The position numbers and the translations under genes were made by a program. A DNA stretch of 64,000 bases from Azolla caroliniana (lineage: Eukaryota > Plantae > Polypodiophyta), in NCBI GenBank assembly GCA_043228905.1, contig JBHGNT010000132.1, positions 1 through 64,000 on the forward strand, read 5' to 3'. The notes under the pieces were generated by a model. The model saw nothing but the letters and a program-made list of their open reading frames with translations. It was not told where the DNA came from and searched no databases. Positions 1 to 13,900 of this stretch are shown here, in pieces (position 1 is the stretch's first letter; every line of letters begins with the position of its first letter).

Positions 1-644
1 ACGAAATTACCAAATTTGAGGAGTGAGTTGAGAGGAGCCCTTGAGTAAATCAAAATGTTCATACCTTGCTCGTGTGATATCGGATTTCTGTGTTCAAACA
101 TGCGAATCGAAGCTAACAATGCTAGGTATGATGTGGAATTAAAAAATCAAGATTTTGAAACTCAGGTCGAGAGACATGACGAAATTAGCAAACTTGAGGA
201 AGTAGTGGAGAGGAGCCCTTGAGTAAAGGAAAATGTTCATACCTGCTCGTGTGATATCGGATTTTTGTGTTCAAACATGCGAATCGAAGCTAACAACGCT
301 AGCTATGATATGGAATTAAAAAATCAAGATTTTGAAACTCAGGTCGAGAGACATGACGAACTTACCAAATTTGAGGGGTGAGTTGAGAGGAGCCCTTGAG
401 TAAATCAAAATGTTCATACCTGGCTCGTGTCATATCGGATTTTTGTGTTCAAACATGCGAATCGAAGCTAACAACGCTAGTTATGATATGGAATTAAAAA
501 ATCATGATTTTGAAAACTCAGGTCGAGAGACATGACGAAATTACCAAATTTGAGGAGTGAGTTCAGAAGAGCTAGGAGGTAAATTAAAATGTTCATACCT
601 GGCTCGTGTCATATCGGATTTTTGTGTTCAAACATGCGAATCGA
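1..644 (-). repeat. 178-bp satellite, about 3.6 monomers in inverted orientation (continues past the left edge of the window)
   Basis: Reverse complement of the main monomer: e.g. tgttcaaacatgcgaatcgaagctaacaac is the reverse complement of gttgttagcttcgattcgcatgtttgaaca. Period 177-179 bp. Confidence 0.97.
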
Positions 645-2064
645 TATCACACGAGCTAGGTATGAACATTTTCGTTTACCCACTAGCTGCTCAACTCACT
701 CCTCAAATTTGGTAATTTCGTCATGACTGTCGACCTGAGTTTCAAAATCTTGATTTTTTAATTCCATATCATAGCTAGCGTTGTTAGCTTCGATTCGCAT
801 ATTTGAACACAAAAATCCGATATGACACGAGCTAGGTATGAATATTTTCGTTTACCCACTAGCTCGTCTTAACTCACTCCTCAAATTTGGTAATTTCATC
901 AGTCTCTCGACCTGAGTTTCAAAATCTTGATTTTTTTAATTCCAAATCATAGCTAGCGTTGTTAGCTTCGATTCGCATGTTTGAACACAAAACTCTGATA
1001 TCACACGAGCCAGGTATGAACATTTTCATTTACTCAAGGGCTCTTCTCAACTCACTCCTCAAATTTGGAAATTTCGTCATGTCTCTCGACCTGCGTTTCA
1101 AAATCTTGATTTTTTTAATTCCATATCATAGCTAGCATTGTTAGCTTCGATTCGCATGTTTGAACATAAAAATCCGATATGACACGAGCCAGGTATGAAC
1201 ATTTTGATTTACTCAAGGGCTCCTCTCAACTCCTCCTCAAATTTGGTAATTTCGTCATGTATCTCGACCTGAGTTTCAAAATCTTGATTTTTTAATTCCA
1301 TTTCAGAGCTAGCGTGTCTTAGCTTCGATTCGCATGTTTGAACACAAAACTCCGATATCACACGAGCCAGGTATGAACATTTTCATTTACTCAAGGGTTC
1401 TTCTCAACTCACTCCTCAAATTTGGTAATTTCGTCATGTCTGTCGACCTGAGTTTCAAAATCTTGATTTTTTAATTCCATATCATAGCTAGCGTTGTTAG
1501 CTTCGATTCGCATGTTTGAACACAAAAATCCGATATCACACGAGCCAGGTATGAACTATTTAATTTACCTCCTAGCTCTTCTCAACTCACTCCTCAAATT
1601 TGGAAATTTCGTCATGTCTCTCGACCTGAGTTTCAAAATCTTGATTTTTTAATTCCATATCATAACTAGCGTTGTTAGCTTCGATTCGCATGTTTGAACA
1701 CAAAAATCCGATATGACACGAGCCAGGTATGAACATTTTGATTTACTCAAGGGCTCCTCTCAACTCACCCCTCAAATTTGGTAAGTTCGTCATGTCTCTC
1801 GACCTGAGTTTAAAAATCTTGATTTTTTAATTCCATATCATAGGTAGTGTTGTTAGCTTCGATTTGCATGTTTGAACACAAAAATCCGATATGACACGAG
1901 CCAGGTATGAACATTTTGATTTACTCAAGGGCTCCTCTCAACTCACCCCTCAAATTTGGTAAGTTCGTCATGTCTCTCGACCTGAGTTTCATAATCTTGA
2001 TTTTTTAATTCCATATCATAGCTAGCGTTGTTAGCTTCGATTCGCATGTTTGAACACAAAAATC

Positions 2065-4912
2065 CGATATGACACGAGCCAGGTATGAACATTTTAATTT
2101 ACCTCCTAGCTCTTCTTAACTCACTTCTCAAATTTGGTAATTTCGTCATGTCTCTCGACTTGAGTTTCAAAATCTTGATTTTTTAATTCCCCATCATAGC
2201 TAGCGCTGTTAGCTTCGATTCGCATGTTTGAAAACAAAAATACGATATGACACGAGTAAGGTATGAATATTTTAATTTACTCAAGGGCTCCTCTCAACTC
2301 ACTCCTCAAATTTGGTAATTTCGTCATGTCTGTCAACCTGAGTTTCAAAATCTTGATTTTTTAATTCCATATCATAACTAGCATTGTTAGCTTCGATTCG
2401 CATGTTTGAACACAAAAATCCGATATGACACGAACCAGGTATGAACATTTTAATTTACTCAAGGGCTCCTCTCAACTCACTCCTCAAATTTGGTAATTTC
2501 GTCATGTCTGTCGACTTGAGTTTCAAAATCTTGATTTTTTAATTCCATATCATAGCTAGCATTGTTAGCTTCGATTCGCATGTTTGAACACAAAAATCCG
2601 ATATCACACGAGCCAGGTATGAACTATTTAATTTACCTCCTAGCTCTTCTCAACTCACTCCTCAAATTTGGAAATTTCGTCATGTCTCTCGACCTGAGTT
2701 TCAAAATCTTGATTTTTTAATTCCATATCATAGCTAGCGTTGTTAGCTTCGATTCGCATGTTTGAACACAAAACTCCGATATCACACGAGCCAGGTATGA
2801 ACATTTTCATTTACTCAAGGGCTCTTCTCAACTCACTCCTCAAATTTGGTAATTTCGTCATGTCTGTCGACCTGAGATTCAAAATCTTGATTTTTTAATT
2901 CCATATCATAACTAGCGTTGTTAGCTTCGATTCGCATGTTTGAACACAAAAATCCGATATCACACGAGCTAGGTATGAACATTTTCGTTTACCCACTAGC
3001 TCGTCTTAACTCACTCCTCAAATTTGGTAATTTCATCATGTCTCTCGACCTGAGTTTCTAAATCTTGATTTCTTAATTCCATATCATAGCTAGGGTTGTT
3101 AGCTTCGATTCGCATGTTTGAACACAAAAATCCGATATCACACGTGCCAGGTATGAACATTTTAATTTACTGAAGGGCTCCTCTCAACTCACTCCTCAAA
3201 TTTGGTAATTTCTTCATGTCTCTCGACCTGAGTTTCAAAATCTTGATTTTTTAATTCCATATCATAGCTAGCATTGTTAGCTTCGATTCGCATGTTTGAA
3301 CACAAAAATCCGATATCACACGAGCCAGGTATGAACTATTTAATTTACCTCCTAGCTCTTCTCAACTCACTCCTCAAATTTGGAAATTTCGTCATGTCTC
3401 TCGACCTGAGTTTCAAAATCTTGATTTTTTAATTCCATATCATAGCTAGCGTTGTTAGCTTCGATTCGCATGTTTGAACACAAAAATCCGATATGACACG
3501 AGCCAGGTATGAACATTTTAATTTACCTCCTAGCTCTTCTTAACTCACTTCTCAAATTTGGTAATTTCGTCATGTCTCTCGACTTGAGTTTCAAAATCTT
3601 GATTTTTTAATTCCCCATCATAGCTAGCGCTGTTAGCTTCGATTCGCATGTTTGAAAACAAAAATACGATATGACACGAGTAAGGTATGAATATTTTAAT
3701 TTACTCAAGGGCTCCTCTCAACTCACTCCTCAAATTTGGTAATTTCGTCATGTCTGTCAACCTGAGTTTCAAAATCTTGATTTTTTAATTCCATATCATA
3801 ACTAGCATTGTTAGCTTCGATTCGCATGTTTGAACACAAAAATCCGATATGACACGAACCAGGTATGAACATTTTAATTTACTCAAGGGCTCCTCTCAAC
3901 TCACTCCTCAAATTTGGTAATTTCGTCATGTCTGTCGACTTGAGTTTCAAAATCTTGATTTTTTAATTCCATATCATAGCTAGCATTGTTAGCTTCGATT
4001 CGCATGTTTGAACACAAAAATCCGATATCACACGAGCCAGGTATGAACTATTTAATTTACCTCCTAGCTCTTCTCAACTCACTCCTCAAATTTGGAAATT
4101 TCGTCATGTCTCTCGACCTGAGTTTCAAAATCTTGATTTTTTAATTCCATATCATAGCTAGCGTTGTTAGCTTCGATTCGCATGTTTGAACACAAAACTC
4201 CGATATCACACGAGCCAGGTATGAACATTTTCATTTACTCAAGGGCTCTTCTCAACTCACTCCTCAAATTTGGTAATTTCGTCATGTCTGTCGACCTGAG
4301 ATTCAAAATCTTGATTTTTTAATTCCATATCATAACTAGCGTTGTTAGCTTCGATTCGCATGTTTGAACACAAAAATCCGATATCACACGAGCTAGGTAT
4401 GAACATTTTCGTTTACCCACTAGCTCGTCTTAACTCACTCCTCAAATTTGGTAATTTCATCATGTCTCTCGACCTGAGTTTCTAAATCTTGATTTCTTAA
4501 TTCCATATCATAGCTAGGGTTGTTAGCTTCGATTCGCATGTTTGAACACAAAAATCCGATATCACACGTGCCAGGTATGAACATTTTAATTTACTGAAGG
4601 GCTCCTCTCAACTCACTCCTCAAATTTGGTAATTTCTTCATGTCTCTCGACCTGAGTTTCAAAATCTTGATTTTTTAATTCCATATCATAGCTAGCATTG
4701 TTAGCTTCGATTCGCATGTTTGAACACAAAAATCCGATATCACACGAGCCAGGTATGAACTATTTAATTTACCTCCTAGCTCTTCTCAACTCACTCCTCA
4801 AATTTGGAAATTTCGTCATGTCTCTCGACCTGAGTTTCAAAATCTTGATTTTTTAATTCCATATCATAGCTAGCGTTGTTAGCTTCGATTCGCATGTTTG
4901 AACACAAAACTC
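2065..4912 (+). repeat. Tandem duplication of an 8-monomer block (1424 bp x2)
   Basis: Variant order T-U-V-W-X-Y-Z-W occurs twice; markers gagtaagg, gagattc, tagggtt and cacgtgcc each recur 1424 bp apart. Confidence 0.9.
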
Positions 4913-7900
4913 CGATATGACACGAGCCAGGTATGAACATTTCGATTTACTCAAGGGCTCCTCTCAACTCACTCCTCAAATTTGGTAATTTCGTCATGTC
5001 TGTCGACCTGAGTTTCAAAATCTTGATTTTTTAATTCCATATAATAGCTAGCGTTGTTATCTTCGATTCGCATGTTTGAACACAAAACTCCGATATGACA
5101 CGAGCCAGGTATGAACATTTTAATTTACTCAAGGGCTCCTCTCAACTCACTACTCAAATTTGGTAATTTCGTCATGTCTGTCGACCTGAGTTTCAAAATC
5201 TTGATTTTTTAATTCCATATCATAGCTAGCGTTGTTAGCTTCGATTCGCATGTTTGAACACAAAACTCCGATATCACACGAGCCAGGTATGAACATTTTC
5301 ATTTACTCAAGGGCTCTTCTCAACTCACTCCTCAAATTTGGTAATTTCGTCATGTCTGTCGACCTGAGTTTCAAAATCTTGATTTTTTAATTCCATATCA
5401 TAACTAGCGTTGTTAGCTTCGATTCGCAAGTTTGAACACAAAAATCCGATATCACACGAGCTAGGTATGAACATTTTCGTTTACCCACTAGCTGCTCTCA
5501 ACTCACTCCTCAAATTTGGTAATTTCGTCATGTCTGTCGACCTGAGTTTCAAAATCTTGATTTTTTAATTCCATATCATAGCTAGCGTTGTTAGCTTCGA
5601 TTCGCATATTTGAACACAAAAATCCGATATGACACGAGCTAGGTATGAATATTTTCGTTTACCCACTAGCTCGTCTTAACTCACTCCTCAAATTAAGTAA
5701 TTTCGTCATGTCTCTCGACCTGAGTTTCAAAATCTTGATTTTTTAATTCCATATCATAGCTAGCGTTGTTAGCTTCGATTCGCATGTTTGAACACAAAAA
5801 TCCGATATGACACGAGCCAGGTATGAACATTTTGATTTACTCAAGGGCTCCTCTCAACTCACTCCTCAAATTTGGTAATTGCTTCATGTCTGTCGACCTG
5901 AGTTTCAAAATCTTGATTTTTTAATTCCATATCATAGCTAGCGTTGTTAGCTTCGATTCGCATGTTTGAACACAAAAATCCGATATCACACGAGCCAGGT
6001 ATGAACATTTTCATTTACTCAAGGGCTCCTCTCCACTACTTCCTCAAGTTTGCTAATTTCGTCATGTCTCTCGACCTGAGTTTCAAAATCTTGATTTTTT
6101 AATTCCATATCATAGGTAGTGTTGTTAGCTTCGATTTGCATGTTTGAACACAAAAATCCGATATGACACGAGCCAGGTATGAACATTTTAATTTACTCAA
6201 GGGCTCCTCTCAACTCACTCCTCAAATATGGTAATTTCGTCGTGTCTGTCGACCTGAGTTTTAAAATCTTGATTTTTAAATTCCATATCATAGCTAGCGT
6301 TGTTATCTTCGATTCGCATGTTTGAACACAGAAATCGGATATCACACGAGCCAGGTATGAACATTTTAATTTACCTCCTAGCTCTTCTTAACTCACTCCT
6401 CAAATTTGGTAATTTCGTCATGTCTCTCGACTTGAGTTTCAAAATCTTGATTTTTTAATTCCCCATCATAGCTAGCGTTGTTAGCTTCGATTCGCATGTT
6501 TGAAAACAAAAATACGATATGACACGAGTCAGGTATGAATATTTTAATTTACCTCCTAGCTCTTCTTAACTCACTCCTCAAATTTGGTAATTTCGTCATG
6601 TCTCTCGACTTGACTTTCAAAATCTTGATTTTTTAATTCCCCATCATAGCTAGCGTTGTTAGCTTCGATTCGCATGTTTGAAAACAAAAATACGATATGA
6701 CACGAGTCAGGTATGAATATTTTAATTTACTAAAGGGCTCCTCTCAACTCACTCCTCAAATTTGGTAATTTCGTCATGTCTGTCAACCTGAGTTTCAAAA
6801 TCTTGATTTTTTAATTCCATATCATAACTAGCATTGTTAGCTTCGATTCGCATGTTTGAACACAAAAATCCGATATGACACGAGCCAGGTATGAACATTT
6901 TGATTTACTCAAGGGCTCCTCTCAACTCACTCCTCAAATTTGGTAATTTCGTCATGTCTCTCGACCTGAGTTTCAAAATCTTGATTTTCTAATTCCATAT
7001 CATAGCTAGCGTTGTTAGCTTCGATTCGCATGTTTGAACACAAAACTCCGAAATGACACGAACCAGGTATGAACATTTTAATTTACTCAAGGGCTCCTCT
7101 CAACTCACTCCTCAAATTTGGTAATTTCGTCATGTCTGTCGACTTGAGTTTCAAAATCTTGATTTTTTAATTCCATATCATAGCTAGCATTGTTAGCTTC
7201 GATTCGCATGTTTGAACACAAAAATCCGATATCACACGAGCCAGGTATGAACTATTTAATTTACCTCCTAGCTCTTCTCAACTCACTCCTCAAATTTGGA
7301 AATTTCGTCATGTCTCTCGACCTGAGTTTCAAAATCTTGATTTTTTAATTCCATATCATAGCTAGCGTTGTTAGCTTCGATTCGCATGTTTGAACACAAA
7401 ACTCCGATATGACACGAGCCAGGTATGAACATTTCGATTTACTCAAGGGCTCCTCTCAACTCACTCCTCAAATTTGGTAATTTCGTCATGTCTGTCGACC
7501 TGAGTTTCAAAATCTTGATTTTTTAATTCCATATAATAGCTAGCGTTGTTATCTTCGATTCGCATGTTTGAACACAAAACTCCGATATGACACGAGCCAG
7601 GTATGAACATTTTAATTTACTCAAGGGCTCCTCTCAACTCACTACTCAAATTTGGTAATTTCGTCATGTCTGTCGACCTGAGTTTCAAAATCTTGATTTT
7701 TTAATTCCATATCATAGCTAGCGTTGTTAGCTTCGATTCGCATGTTTGAACACAAAACTCCGATATCACACGAGCCAGGTATGAACATTTTCATTTACTC
7801 AAGGGCTCTTCTCAACTCACTCCTCAAATTTGGTAATTTCGTCATGTCTGTCGACCTGAGTTTCAAAATCTTGATTTTTTAATTCCATATCATAACTAGC

Positions 7901-10900
7901 GTTGTTAGCTTCGATTCGCAAGTTTGAACACAAAAATCCGATATCACACGAGCTAGGTATGAACATTTTCGTTTACCCACTAGCTGCTCTCAACTCACTC
8001 CTCAAATTTGGTAATTTCGTCATGTCTGTCGACCTGAGTTTCAAAATCTTGATTTTTTAATTCCATATCATAGCTAGCGTTGTTAGCTTCGATTCGCATA
8101 TTTGAACACAAAAATCCGATATGACACGAGCTAGGTATGAATATTTTCGTTTACCCACTAGCTCGTCTTAACTCACTCCTCAAATTTGGTAATTTCATCA
8201 TGTCTCTCGACCTGAGTTTCAAAATCTTGATTTTTTAATTCCAAATCATAGCTAGCGTTGTTAGCTTCGATTCGCATGTTTGAACACAAAACTCTGATAT
8301 CACACGAGCCAGGTATGAACATTTTCATTTACTCAAGGGTTCTTCTCAACTCACTCCTCAAATTTGGAAATTTCGTCATGTCTCTCGACCTGCGTTTCAA
8401 AATCTTGATTTTTTAATTCCATATCATAGCTAGCATTGTTAGCTTCGATTCGCATGTTTGAACATAAAAATCCGATATGACACGAGCCAGGTATGAACAT
8501 TTTGATTTACTCAAGGGCTCCTCTCAACTCACTCCTCAAATTTGGTAATTTCGTCATGTATCTCGACCTGAGTTTCAAAATCTTGATTTTTTAATTCCAT
8601 TTCAGAGCTAGCGTTCTTAGCTTCGATTCGCATGTTTGAACACAAAACTCCGATATCACACGAGCCAGGTATGAACATTTTCATTTACTCAAGGGTTCTT
8701 CTCAACTCACTCCTCAAATTTGGTAATTTCGTCATGTCTGTCGACCTGAGTTTCAAAATCTTGATTTTTTAATTCCATATCATAGCTAGCGTTGTTAGCT
8801 TCGATTCGCATGTTTGAACACAAAAATCCGATATCACACGAGCCAGGTATGAACTATTTAATTTACCTCCTAGCTCTTCTCAACTCACTCCTCAAATTTG
8901 GAAATTTCGTCATGTCTCTCGACCTGAGTTTCAAAATCTTGATTTTTTAATTCCATATCATAACTAGCGTTGTTAGCTTCGATTCGCATGTTTGAACACA
9001 AAAATCCGATATGACACGAGCCAGGTATGAACATTTTGATTTACTCAAGGGCTCCTCTCAACTCACCCCTCAAATTTGGTAAGTTCGTCATGTCTCTCGA
9101 CCTGAGTTTAAAAATCTTGATTTTTTAATTCCATATCATAGGTAGTGTTGTTAGCTTCGATTTGCATGTTTGAACACAAAAATCCGATATGACACGAGCC
9201 AGGTATGAACATTTTGATTTACTCAAGGGCTCCTCTCAACTCACCCCTCAAATTTGGTAAGTTCGTCATGTCTCTCGACCTGAGTTTCATAATCTTGATT
9301 TTTTAATTCCATATCATAGCTAGCGTTGTTAGCTTCGATTCGCATGTTTGAACACAAAAATCCGATATGACACGAGCCAGGTATGAACATTTTAATTTAC
9401 CTCCTAGCTCTTCTTAACTCACTTCTCAAATTTGGTAATTTCGTCATGTCTCTCGACTTGAGTTTCAAAATCTTGATTTTTTAATTCCCCATCATAGCTA
9501 GCGCTGTTAGCTTCGATTCGCATGTTTGAAAACAAAAATACGATATGACACGAGTAAGGTATGAATATTTTAATTTACTCAAGGGCTCCTCTCAACTCAC
9601 TCCTCAAATTTGGTAATTTCGTCATGTCTGTCAACCTGAGTTTCAAAATCTTGATTTTTTAATTCCATATCATAACTAGCATTGTTAGCTTCGATTCGCA
9701 TGTTTGAACACAAAAATCCGATATGACACGAACCAGGTATGAACATTTTAATTTACTCAAGGGCTCCTCTCAACTCACTCCTCAAATTTGGTAATTTCGT
9801 CATGTCTGTCGACTTGAGTTTCAAAATCTTGATTTTTTAATTCCATATCATAGCTAGCATTGTTAGCTTCGATTCGCATGTTTGAACACAAAAATCCGAT
9901 ATCACACGAGCCAGGTATGAACTATTTAATTTACCTCCTAGCTCTTCTCAACTCACTCCTCAAATTTGGAAATTTCGTCATGTCTCTCGACCTGAGTTTC
10001 AAAATCTTGATTTTTTAATTCCATATCATAGCTAGCGTTGTTAGCTTCGATTCGCATGTTTGAACACAAAACTCCGATATCACACGAGCCAGGTATGAAC
10101 ATTTTCATTTACTCAAGGGCTCTTCTCAACTCACTCCTCAAATTTGGTAATTTCGTCATGTCTGTCGACCTGAGATTCAAAATCTTGATTTTTTAATTCC
10201 ATATCATAACTAGCGTTGTTAGCTTCGATTCGCATGTTTGAACACAAAAATCCGATATGACACGAACCAGGTATGAACATTTTAATTTACTCAAGGGCTC
10301 CTCTCAACTCACTCCTCAAATTTGGTAATTTCGTCATGTCTGTCGACTTGAGTTTCAAAATCTTGATTTTTTAATTCCATATCATAGCTAGCATTGTTAG
10401 CTTCGATTCGCATGTTTGAACACAAAAATCCGATATCACACGAGCCAGGTATGAACTATTTAATTTACCTCCTAGCTCTTCTCAACTCACTCCTCAAATT
10501 TGGAAATTTCGTCATGTCTCTCGACCTGAGTTTCAAAATCTTGATTTTTTAATTCCATATCATAGCTAGCGTTGTTAGCTTCGATTCGCATGTTTGAACA
10601 CAAAACTCCGATATCACACGAGCCAGGTATGAACATTTTCATTTACTCAAGGGCTCTTCTCAACTCACTCCTCAAATTTGGTAATTTCGTCATGTCTGTC
10701 GACCTGAGATTCAAAATCTTGATTTTTTAATTCCATATCATAACTAGCGTTGTTAGCTTCGATTCGCATGTTTGAACACAAAAATCCGATATCACACGAG
10801 CTAGGTATGAACATTTTCGTTTACCCACTAGCTCGTCTTAACTCACTCCTCAAATTTGGTAATTTCATCATGTCTCTCGACCTGAGTTTCTAAATCTTGA

Positions 10901-13900
10901 TTTCTTAATTCCATATCATAGCTAGGGTTGTTAGCTTCGATTCGCATGTTTGAACACAAAAATCCGATATCACACGTGCCAGGTATGAACATTTTAATTT
11001 ACTGAAGGGCTCCTCTCAACTCACTCCTCAAATTTGGTAATTTCTTCATGTCTCTCGACCTGAGTTTCAAAATCTTGATTTTTTAATTCCATATCATAGC
11101 TAGCATTGTTAGCTTCGATTCGCATGTTTGAACACAAAAATCCGATATCACACGAGCCAGGTATGAACTATTTAATTTACCTCCTAGCTCTTCTCAACTC
11201 ACTCCTCAAATTTGGAAATTTCGTCATGTCTCTCGACCTGAGTTTCAAAATCTTGATTTTTTAATTCCATATCATAGCTAGCGTTGTTAGCTTCGATTCG
11301 CATGTTTGAACACAAAACTCCGATATGACACGAGCCAGGTATGAACATTTCGATTTACTCAAGGGCTCCTCTCAACTCACTCCTCAAATTTGGTAATTTC
11401 GTCATGTCTGTCGACCTGAGTTTCAAAATCTTGATTTTTTAATTCCATATAATAGCTAGCGTTGTTATCTTCGATTCGCATGTTTGAACACAAAACTCCG
11501 ATATGACACGAGCCAGGTATGAACATTTTAATTTACTCAAGGGCTCCTCTCAACTCACTACTCAAATTTGGTAATTTCGTCATGTCTGTCGACCTGAGTT
11601 TCAAAATCTTGATTTTTTAATTCCATATCATAGCTAGCGTTGTTAGCTTCGATTCGCATGTTTGAACACAAAACTCCGATATCACACGAGCCAGGTATGA
11701 ACATTTTCATTTACTCAAGGGCTCTTCTCAACTCACTCCTCAAATTTGGTAATTTCGTCATGTCTGTCGACCTGAGTTTCAAAATCTTGATTTTTTAATT
11801 CCATATCATAACTAGCGTTGTTAGCTTCGATTCGCAAGTTTGAACACAAAAATCCGATATCACACGAGCTAGGTATGAACATTTTCGTTTACCCACTAGC
11901 TGCTCTCAACTCACTCCTCAAATTTGGTAATTTCGTCATGTCTGTCGACCTGAGTTTCAAAATCTTGATTTTTTAATTCCATATCATAGCTAGCGTTGTT
12001 AGCTTCGATTCGCATATTTGAACACAAAAATCCGATATGACACGAGCTAGGTATGAATATTTTCGTTTACCCACTAGCTCGTCTTAACTCACTCCTCAAA
12101 TTAAGTAATTTCGTCATGTCTCTCGACCTGAGTTTCAAAATCTTGATTTTTTAATTCCATATCATAGCTAGCGTTGTTAGCTTCGATTCGCATGTTTGAA
12201 CACAAAAATCCGATATGACACGAGCCAGGTATGAACATTTTGATTTACTCAAGGGCTCCTCTCAACTCACTCCTCAAATTTGGTAATTGCTTCATGTCTG
12301 TCGACCTGAGTTTCAAAATCTTGATTTTTTAATTCCATATCATAGCTAGCGTTGTTAGCTTCGATTCGCATGTTTGAACACAAAAATCCGATATCACACG
12401 AGCCAGGTATGAACATTTTCATTTACTCAAGGGCTCCTCTCCACTACTTCCTCAAGTTTGCTAATTTCGTCATGTCTCTCGACCTGAGTTTCAAAATCTT
12501 GATTTTTTAATTCCATATCATAGGTAGTGTTGTTAGCTTCGATTTGCATGTTTGAACACAAAAATCCGATATGACACGAGCCAGGTATGAACATTTTAAT
12601 TTACTCAAGGGCTCCTCTCAACTCACTCCTCAAATATGGTAATTTCGTCGTGTCTGTCGACCTGAGTTTTAAAATCTTGATTTTTAAATTCCATATCATA
12701 GCTAGCGTTGTTATCTTCGATTCGCATGTTTGAACACAGAAATCGGATATCACACGAGCCAGGTATGAACATTTTAATTTACCTCCTAGCTCTTCTTAAC
12801 TCACTCCTCAAATTTGGTAATTTCGTCATGTCTCTCGACTTGAGTTTCAAAATCTTGATTTTTTAATTCCCCATCATAGCTAGCGTTGTTAGCTTCGATT
12901 CGCATGTTTGAAAACAAAAATACGATATGACACGAGTCAGGTATGAATATTTTAATTTACCTCCTAGCTCTTCTTAACTCACTCCTCAAATTTGGTAATT
13001 TCGTCATGTCTCTCGACTTGACTTTCAAAATCTTGATTTTTTAATTCCCCATCATAGCTAGCGTTGTTAGCTTCGATTCGCATGTTTGAAAACAAAAATA
13101 CGATATGACACGAGTCAGGTATGAATATTTTAATTTACTAAAGGGCTCCTCTCAACTCACTCCTCAAATTTGGTAATTTCGTCATGTCTGTCAACCTGAG
13201 TTTCAAAATCTTGATTTTTTAATTCCATATCATAACTAGCATTGTTAGCTTCGATTCGCATGTTTGAACACAAAAATCCGATATGACACGAGCCAGGTAT
13301 GAACATTTTGATTTACTCAAGGGCTCCTCTCAACTCACTCCTCAAATTTGGTAATTTCGTCATGTCTCTCGACCTGAGTTTCAAAATCTTGATTTTCTAA
13401 TTCCATATCATAGCTAGCGTTGTTAGCTTCGATTCGCATGTTTGAACACAAAACTCCGAAATGACACGAACCAGGTATGAACATTTTAATTTACTCAAGG
13501 GCTCCTCTCAACTCACTCCTCAAATTTGGTAATTTCGTCATGTCTGTCGACTTGAGTTTCAAAATCTTGATTTTTTAATTCCATATCATAGCTAGCATTG
13601 TTAGCTTCGATTCGCATGTTTGAACACAAAAATCCGATATCACACGAGCCAGGTATGAACTATTTAATTTACCTCCTAGCTCTTCTCAACTCACTCCTCA
13701 AATTTGGAAATTTCGTCATGTCTCTCGACCTGAGTTTCAAAATCTTGATTTTTTAATTCCATATCATAGCTAGCGTTGTTAGCTTCGATTCGCATGTTTG
13801 AACACAAAACTCCGATATGACACGAGCCAGGTATGAACATTTCGATTTACTCAAGGGCTCCTCTCAACTCACTCCTCAAATTTGGTAATTTCGTCATGTC

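Noticed and set aside
1-1300. Terminal inverted repeats of a transposon or MITE at the inversion
   Set aside because: Both arms are plain satellite, with no target-site duplication or internal non-satellite sequence.
1501-1517. CENP-B box at cttcgattcgcatgttt
   Set aside because: Only TTCG matches; the required A and CGGG of nTTCGnnnnAnnCGGGn are missing.
1531-1708. Arabidopsis thaliana CEN178 or primate alpha satellite identity
   Set aside because: The length is similar, but the sequence does not resemble those consensuses as I recall them. No family name is assigned without a database search.
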